Source: Candidatus Uhrbacteria bacterium (GTDB lineage Bacteria > Patescibacteriota > Patescibacteriia > UBA9934). Taken from it: 37,438 bases of DNA. Location of the stretch: positions 1 to 37,438 of the forward strand of contig CAWGHH010000005.1 of assembly GCA_963822405.1 (NCBI GenBank). The letters are read 5' to 3'. This document shows positions 34,525 through 37,438 of this stretch, piece by piece; within the stretch, counting starts at the first letter, position 1; the number at the start of each line of letters is the position of its first letter. The position numbers were made by a program, and so were the translations under genes. The notes below the pieces were generated by a model that saw only the letters and a program-made list of their open reading frames with translations, was not told the origin of the DNA and ran no database searches.

Positions 34525-35418
34525 TTATTTTTTCCCCCACTTCTGCATCGCTACAAGGAGTGGGCTCGCCACGAAAATAGAAGAATAAGCTCCAGAGAAA
34601 ATACCGATAATCAAAGCGAGAACGAATGGTCTGGTGGTCTCACCTCCCAAGAAGAAAATGGCCACAAGCGGAAGAATGGTAGCAAACGTTGTATTTAATG
34701 AACGAGCAAGCGTCTCAATAATACTAGTATTCACAATCTCGCCAAAGGTCTGATCAGCGTAACGATGACGGAACAAGTTCTCACGAGTTCTATCAAGTAC
34801 TACGATTGTATCGTTAATTGAATAACCAAGGATAGTGAGCATGGCCGCGACAAAGGCGGTATCAACCTGATAACCAAAGGCCTTACCTAGGATGGCAAAC
34901 GCACCCATCGGAATAATGACGTCATGGAAGGCAGCCACCATGGTAACCACACCATACTTCCAGCTTTTTACCGGATACGAAACCTTACGGAAAGCCCAAG
35001 CAATATAAGAACCGATAGCCACCAACAGAACTACAAGCGCAATAACGGACGCGCGCTTGAGCTCGTTTCCAATGGTCGGACCAACTGAATCAAATTTTGT
35101 TTCTTCTGCCTTAGGAGAAATCTTGGTGATCGCTGCCAGTACTTTCTGATGTTCTTCTTCAGTGATTGGTGACAAACGAACAAAGTACGCACCAGTATCA
35201 CTCTGCTGAACAGTTGCCTCGTGTCCTTCGTCAGCAACCGCCTTACGAACTTCCTCAACGGAGGACGTAATACCATGAATTTCAAGCAAGCTTCCACCAG
35301 TGAAGTCAATTCCGAAGTTCAAGCCGAATATGGCAATAAACAAAACGGAGAGACCAACAACAGTACCAGATAAGGCTAACCAAACTTTTGAGTAACCAAT
35401 AATGTTCACCTTTTTCAT
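34525..35418 (-). CDS. secF: protein translocase subunit SecF
   Basis: 297 aa with GIDFTGGS, a six-TM pattern and INDTIVVLDR. Confidence 0.96.
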   Translation of the reverse strand: MKKVNIIGYSKVWLALSGTVVGLSVLFIAIFGLNFGIDFTGGSLLEIHGITSSVEEVRKAVADEGHEATVQQSDTGAYFVRLSPITEEEHQKVLAAITKISPKAEETKFDSVGPTIGNELKRASVIALVVLLVAIGSYIAWAFRKVSYPVKSWKYGVVTMVAAFHDVIIPMGAFAILGKAFGYQVDTAFVAAMLTILGYSINDTIVVLDRTRENLFRHRYADQTFGEIVNTSIIETLARSLNTTFATILPLVAIFFLGGETTRPFVLALIIGIFSGAYSSIFVASPLLVAMQKWGKK

Positions 35419-35422
35419 AGGA

Positions 35423-37438
35423 TTATTTGGTGGTTACTACCCGTTTGTAGCCTCTGTAAAAGAACCGAGTTCTAAGCTTCTTAATCTTGGCCACGCGAAC
35501 CATAATGTAACGCGTCACAATCATGGACGAGAACATAGAAACAAGCACACCAATGGTCAAAGTAAGAGCAAAGCCGCGAATGAAACCAGTGCTCATTGAG
35601 TAAAGAACCATGGTAGCAATGAGAGTGGTGAAGTTACCATCACGAATAGACGGCCAAGCACGATGGAATGCTTCTTTAACTGCACTTGGCAGATCTCGAC
35701 CACTCCATAATTCTTCCTTCAAGCGTTCAAACACCAGCACGTTCGCGTCAACGGCGATACCGAAGGAGAAGACGAAACCAGCAATACCGGAAAGTGTCAT
35801 TGTTACGTGGAAGGCCTTGAAGAGAGCAAGAACGGCCACCGCGTAAAACGCGAGAGCAAAGCCAGCCATGAGTCCAGGCAAACGGTAGTAAAGAAGCATG
35901 AAGAGCGCGATCAAAACTATACCAGCTAAACCAGCCTCAACGCTCTTAGTGAGAGAAGACATGCCAAGCGCAGCGCCAATTGTCTGCTGGCTAACCACCT
36001 TAATTGGCACCGGCAATGCGCCAGCGTTCAAACGCTGAGCAGTAATTTTTGCTTCCTCAAGCGAATAGGAACCAGTAATCTGCGCGGTTCCGCCGTAGAT
36101 CGCCTCGTTCACCGTTGGTGTTGTAACCGGATTTCCATCAAGGAAGATTCCAATTACCTTACCAACATTTTCACTAGTCAACTTACCGAATAGATCAGCG
36201 CCCTCAGCGTTGAAGTCAAGCACGATATATGGCGCGCCAGTGTTCTGGTCAAAGGCCACTGAAGCGTGCTTAACATCCTTTCCAGAAAGGGCCGTGTTCT
36301 TCCATGGGTTAACTTTTACAATGTCTGAAGCCGTAGTCCACGGCATTTCAATGTGAGCCAATTCGTAAGCTTTCACCGTCTGACTCTTAGATCGATAGAT
36401 GATGTGGTATCCAAAATCTGATTCAAAAACATCAGAGATCTGTCCATTCTTAAGGGCAAATAGTGCGTCTTCAAACGGCTTGACCATCATACCTTCCTTA
36501 ACAAAGCCAAGCTCCCCGCCCTGTTCTTTGCTTCCACCGTCATCACTATTCGCCTTTGCCAGCTCTCCAAAGTTTGCCTGAGTAGCCTGATTCTTAAGAT
36601 CAGTAATTAACTTAAGCGCTTCTTCTTTAGTCCGTTCGCTAGTACAGCTCTGTGCGCCTTTATAACAAATCAAGATGTGCGCAGCGTCAGGCTCGACCAC
36701 ACTCTTTTTTGAAACGTACTTCATGATGTGAATCCGGCTTGTGCCTTCGTACAGACCATTAATAACACCCGGACGCAAACCTTTCTTAACGATCTCATCA
36801 ATAAATCCTCCGTACTCTGGATCGTCATTTGTTAAAAATCCCAAATCGCCACCATTGCCGGTAGTGACCGTAGCATTACCGCTGTCAGTAGTGATTGCTG
36901 GCGCACCTGCGCCACCCGCTGAAAGATCAATAGATTTTTCACGCGCGAGTGCCGCAAAGTCAGCGCCCTTTTTAAGAGCTAGTTCAAGAACAGCCAAGGC
37001 GTCAGCCCGTTCCGTTTTCTGAGCTGTATCAATCTGAGCCTTTTGAGCATCAGTTGTTTCAACGCTTGGATTTTCATCTGGCGTCTTAAATTCAAGCACC
37101 GGAGTTTCTCCAATGTTCTTAACTGCCTCAGCTACGTTCGTAATCCCAGGAAGATCTACAATGATGCGATATTTGTTTTCAGCAATAGTTGTCTCAACTA
37201 ACGGCTCGGAAACACCAAAGGCGTTTACTCTGCGCTCTACCACGTCGCGAACGCCGGCCAAAGCGTCAGTCCGATCACCGTCAGGAATGAGGGACATATC
37301 CGCTTCATAGACCAAATGTGCCCCACCCTTCAGGTCAAGCCCGAGGGTAAACGGCAGATCCGGTATGTACGGAAGGTGAAAGCCAACCTTTCCCTGCATG
37401 GCTTTCATGCCAGTATTCCAGGGCTGTGGGTAGCTAAA
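35423..37438 (-). CDS. secD: protein translocase subunit SecD with inserted parvulin-like domains; 5' end beyond right window edge
   Basis: LGLDLKGG, a P1-head-like region, and a TM bundle with AVDANVLVFERLKEE. The frame stays open for the 10 codons upstream of the track ATG 37408, up to the window end, and TM1 is missing, so the true start lies outside the window. Confidence 0.94.
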   Translation of the reverse strand, partial: FSYPQPWNTGMKAMQGKVGFHLPYIPDLPFTLGLDLKGGAHLVYEADMSLIPDGDRTDALAGVRDVVERRVNAFGVSEPLVETTIAENKYRIIVDLPGITNVAEAVKNIGETPVLEFKTPDENPSVETTDAQKAQIDTAQKTERADALAVLELALKKGADFAALAREKSIDLSAGGAGAPAITTDSGNATVTTGNGGDLGFLTNDDPEYGGFIDEIVKKGLRPGVINGLYEGTSRIHIMKYVSKKSVVEPDAAHILICYKGAQSCTSERTKEEALKLITDLKNQATQANFGELAKANSDDGGSKEQGGELGFVKEGMMVKPFEDALFALKNGQISDVFESDFGYHIIYRSKSQTVKAYELAHIEMPWTTASDIVKVNPWKNTALSGKDVKHASVAFDQNTGAPYIVLDFNAEGADLFGKLTSENVGKVIGIFLDGNPVTTPTVNEAIYGGTAQITGSYSLEEAKITAQRLNAGALPVPIKVVSQQTIGAALGMSSLTKSVEAGLAGIVLIALFMLLYYRLPGLMAGFALAFYAVAVLALFKAFHVTMTLSGIAGFVFSFGIAVDANVLVFERLKEELWSGRDLPSAVKEAFHRAWPSIRDGNFTTLIATMVLYSMSTGFIRGFALTLTIGVLVSMFSSMIVTRYIMVRVAKIKKLRTRFFYRGYKRVVTTK

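Overview
This 37.4 kb window is gene-dense and almost entirely minus-strand. It carries housekeeping operons from a small-genome bacterium. Gene content, a short HrcA, type IV pilus genes and the near absence of Shine-Dalgarno motifs suggest a Patescibacteria/CPR-like organism, but that is inference only. Confident calls: a CIRCE-controlled hrcA-grpE-dnaK operon, a tRNA cluster (Pro-CGG, Ser-GGA and a truncated Pro-GGG), apbE with an FMN-binding lipoprotein, a DsbA-like protein, lgt, gatA, gatC, ligA, padR-arfB, a partial type IV pilus cluster (prepilin peptidase, pilin, pseudo-receiver, pilM), rnhA, recJ (frameshifted), lepA, pyrF, a DUF475-like membrane protein (frameshifted), mnmA, an RluA-family synthase, a SAM methyltransferase, uppP, a VirD4/TraD-like ATPase with a membrane partner, and secF plus secD (5' end off the window). 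I saw no CRISPR array, rRNA, transposase or integrase. Most interesting observations: (1) a family of G/C-rich palindromic elements inserted in frame in ligA, mnmA and (degenerate) apbE, plus a separate palindrome with a G-quadruplex motif in grpE; (2) an orphan coupling-protein-like ATPase with a zinc ribbon paired with a membrane protein, with no other T4SS genes nearby; (3) SecD carrying tandem parvulin-like PPIase domains inside its periplasmic domain; (4) four GC-rich loci with strong SD sites (three unrecognised genes and a type-2-like pyrF) among SD-less native genes, suggesting horizontal acquisition; (5) an operon of acidic proteins, three of which share a short paralogous motif; (6) a tRNA-sized cloverleaf RNA between grpE and dnaK. 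All functional calls come from reading translated motifs. No database search was run.
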